From Catajapyx aquilonaris (lineage: Eukaryota): a DNA stretch of 36,658 bases. The notes beneath the pieces are model-generated. The model was not told where the DNA came from, made no database searches, and saw only the letters and a list, made by a program, of their open reading frames with translations. Positions 33,431-36,658 of this stretch are shown here, one piece after another. The stretch spans positions 124,001-160,658 of the forward strand of contig KZ538052.1 in NCBI GenBank assembly GCA_000934665.2, written 5' to 3'. Within the stretch, counting starts at the first letter, position 1, and each line of letters begins with the position of its first letter. Position numbers and translations under genes: made by a program.

Positions 33431-36400
33431 CTTCCAGGTATTTTTATTAGCAAAAAAGTTAAAGCTGGAATCAAATTATTCCGCTCTCAGATGCCTTTCG
33501 CAAAAGTTTTAATATAATTTCTGCACTACAATTTCAAATATTTAACTCATTTGGTATATTGCAACGGCCTTCTAAAGAGCACCCTATTTGCAATCTGGCC
33601 TAGATTTAGTTCCGGAGCAGCATGCTGTGAAAATATTTCCCGATATCTGCGCAGCTTCTAAAGGTCACAAATGATAGTCTCCTATTGTAAACGGTATACA
33701 CTATATGAACACTTGTATGGCACCAAATGCACCCACACTGTGCATATTTACACTAATATCAAAATATCAACAAATGTCAATAAATGTAGCTAATAATTAT
33801 TTGAAGTCAATTTAAGTCACACTATTTGAGTCAAAATTGATTTTCCCAATTTTACTTAAAAATTACTACAGTTCTACGCATTACTGTTTTGCTGACTATC
33901 AGTCCTATAGTCTCGTCCTAGATTGTAGTTCGACGTGGTTCAAGGGGCTAAAACGCCGCGTCACGGATCATCAAATATTTATGTAATCATGGCGTCAATT
34001 TTATCCGCCTCGTTGCCCAGCCACGTACAAAATGAGCCATAAAAAGCTATCAGCTACAGAATTGTATACTTGAAAATATTATGTATATACGTGAAGCCTC
34101 TCTGATAACACGGTGGTGCTATCGGGCACAAAAAGTTGGAGATTACCTGTTTCAATAGACGCCGCTAAAAATATTGTTCAGTGGATAAGAAAAAGTAGCG
34201 CAATTTCTGAAATCGGCCATAAGTTAGTTATGAAAATGGTCGAGCTTAGAAAAACTTTTGGCTAGATTCCATGACATAAATTCCTTTCAACCTAGAAGTC
34301 AAAATATTTAAAATCGATAGTGTAATAACAATGCAAATAGGAAGCAAATGGAAGGACCCAAAACGCGCGTAAATTACAATCATATTTAAGAAATTAATAC
34401 ATCAAAACTTCGACACAATTGTGCCTAATTAACTCGACTATTAGAATATTAAATTGCTCTAACTAATATTCATTTTTTCGCGACAGAAGATAGGCAGATG
34501 TCAAATCGAATGGTAATCTACTTTCAAACTTGGTTGTCAAACTTCATGATTCATTTTCTACCAGTTTTATGCCATTTTAGCAGCATAGGCGCAGCCTGTG
34601 CACTGTAGCCATGGTGTAATTATCGTCGAGGGACAAAATTACAGGGCAAAATGGCTGTCGTAGTGGGAAAGTGAAATATTAATGACATAACTTCATGCCT
34701 AGTGTTAGCAAGGCAGTAAAAGCCAAGTTTTTTTCTATAGTTTATTACCAAGAGGAAATAGACCTATAGCACTACACAGAGTACTCAAAGTAATTAAACA
34801 AATTCGATCTACAAGTTCCACAAAATTTTATCAAATTATTTCACAACGACAAACCTGATATTTTTATTAATCCAACTGTCTCCAACAGTTGCTTTTCCGG
34901 TTCAAAAGGATGTTCCCTTTTAAAGGACAGTCCCAAACAACTTTATGTCCCTTCCCTCATGAAAGTCATACAGACGTCCAGGCGCCGGGATTATCGGATG
35001 CTGCTGTCTGACGATCTTCCCACGGACCTAAAGCCTTTCCATCCTGTAAAACCAGGTCTTCGGCGACATTTTCATTGAACGGAATCGTGATAACATGTAA
35101 ATGAGGCCGCATAAAATATGACACTTGCTTTGAAGAAATTTCCTTCTCATCAATCACGCTCTAAAAGGGACAACTTTATTACATGGCGACACGTTCATTT
35201 TTAACCTGAGCGCGACCGTTTAGTACGAAACGTACGGAGCGTACGGAGCGAACGGATCGGGTTGATTGGCTGAGCCGTTTTGCAACCAATCACATCTCGC
35301 GATTAAATCTTCATCTGCTCACTTCAACGGACCTCCGAAGCGACTTCTGACGTATCGACCAACATTGACGATTCAGTGAAGTGACGCCGGCACCCGCCTC
35401 GCGTGCTCGTATCACCACTAAAACTCTCAATCGATGCTGCATGTGGTTTGTTCCCGTCTCCAAAGACATGTCCTCACGTCCTCACAACGGACAACCCCAA
35501 TTACGAGCCGGAACAACATTGTCTTAAGACAATTGTGCATTCATACAGCCTATGCGCTCTTATATTAAAGACGACACATTTCATTATATGCAAAGTAGCT
35601 CATATATCAATAATAAATTCTTGAGAGGCTCAACTTTAATATCCTAACTTTCAAGGCCAACATTGCTCATTTTTGACTCATTAATTCTATGGTATGCTAA
35701 TATTCTCCATGGTCATATACTCATATTAAGAACCGTATTTTCTTCAGTACTGCAGAAGGACATCACCTGAAGAATTCAGATGCTGCAGATGCAAATGTGT
35801 GCAGAGCAGAAACTTTCCTCTAGGACCCACCATTTCCGTGCTGAGCAGACAAGGAAAATGAATTGCGCCACTGGGGAACTTGTTTCTACAAAACCTACTA
35901 AAATGGGCCTAATGACAACCTAGTGCAACTTGATGTCACGGCCGAGAAACACATCTATTCTAGTTAAAGTCGCAGATCGTGAGACAGCCATCCGAATGCG
36001 GCTGCGCAGAACCCCCGCGCAGGCTAAAATGCATTTTGCGGTATTTTGAAAGAGATGGGCTTAAATCTAGCCTGATACCATGTCAGATTCAGGTCTCGCA
36101 TGTACTTTTCCACCTACTAAACTGCATTTGACGTGCGAATAAGCCCAAAGTGGCCCGTCAAAGGTACGCCCAGATACACACTATGTCAACCCAGCCTTTT
36201 TTGGCAAACGTGACCTTTACCAGAAACATGGAGTTGAATAGCTTCCAAATAGGATTAGGAACTGCGTCCTCGCAGTGATTAAGGCTTCGGTAAATTAATT
36301 ATCAGCAACGTTCCTGCTCGCATCCTGACGCCATTGGCATTCAAGATGGCAAGTCAGATAGGAAAAGAAGTCGTTTCTTCCGCCACTCTAATTGGTCACG

Positions 36401-36658
36401 TACTTGAGCTCTGTAAGGAATTTGGGCGAATCTGATTGGGTTATTGCTGCCTCTGACGTATGCCATAGGGAAGAGCATAAAGGTTGTCCTGTGTTCACCC
36501 TATTGGCAATTCCAGGACATGGCTCCACCCCCACTTATTCATTAACCCCATATGTACTATATCGCTCATAAAAATGTTGTTGAGCGATATAGTACAATAT
36601 CGCCGCAGGTCCGCCGCACATCGATCGCTAACTCCTGTAACACCGCCAACTTCTGAAT

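Noticed and set aside
35770..35870. THAP-like fragment (ARKWW...HICICS) on the minus strand
   Set aside because: Too short and degenerate, and lacks the N-terminal CxxxxC.
1..36658. CRISPR arrays, operons, rRNA or prokaryotic defence systems
   Set aside because: The sequence is eukaryotic with spliceosomal introns; no repeat-spacer array or rRNA-like sequence was seen.

Overview
Eukaryotic genomic DNA, most likely from an arthropod (inferred from protein motifs). Three intact minus-strand genes lie head-to-tail: a 6-exon mitochondrial citrate carrier (SLC25A1/scheggia-like, 13023-16516), a 5-exon SWI/SNF core subunit (SNF5/SMARCB1/Snr1, 19075-21690) and a single-coding-exon membrane-anchored copine/RGLG-type vWA protein with no C2 or RING domain (25693-26772). 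The rest is rich in mobile-element debris: two tRNA-headed V-domain-like SINEs with target-site duplications, piggyBac-like and PIF/Harbinger-like MITEs, other foldback elements, decayed LINE and LTR fragments, and a probable decayed ankyrin-repeat sequence. The most notable structure is a ~1.6 kb element with ~600-bp inverted arms enclosing a remnant Cys-rich transposase tail, probably a non-autonomous Academ-like DNA transposon. Most short ORFs in the supplied track are spurious. All calls were made by eye without database searches, and I found no clearly new multi-gene system.
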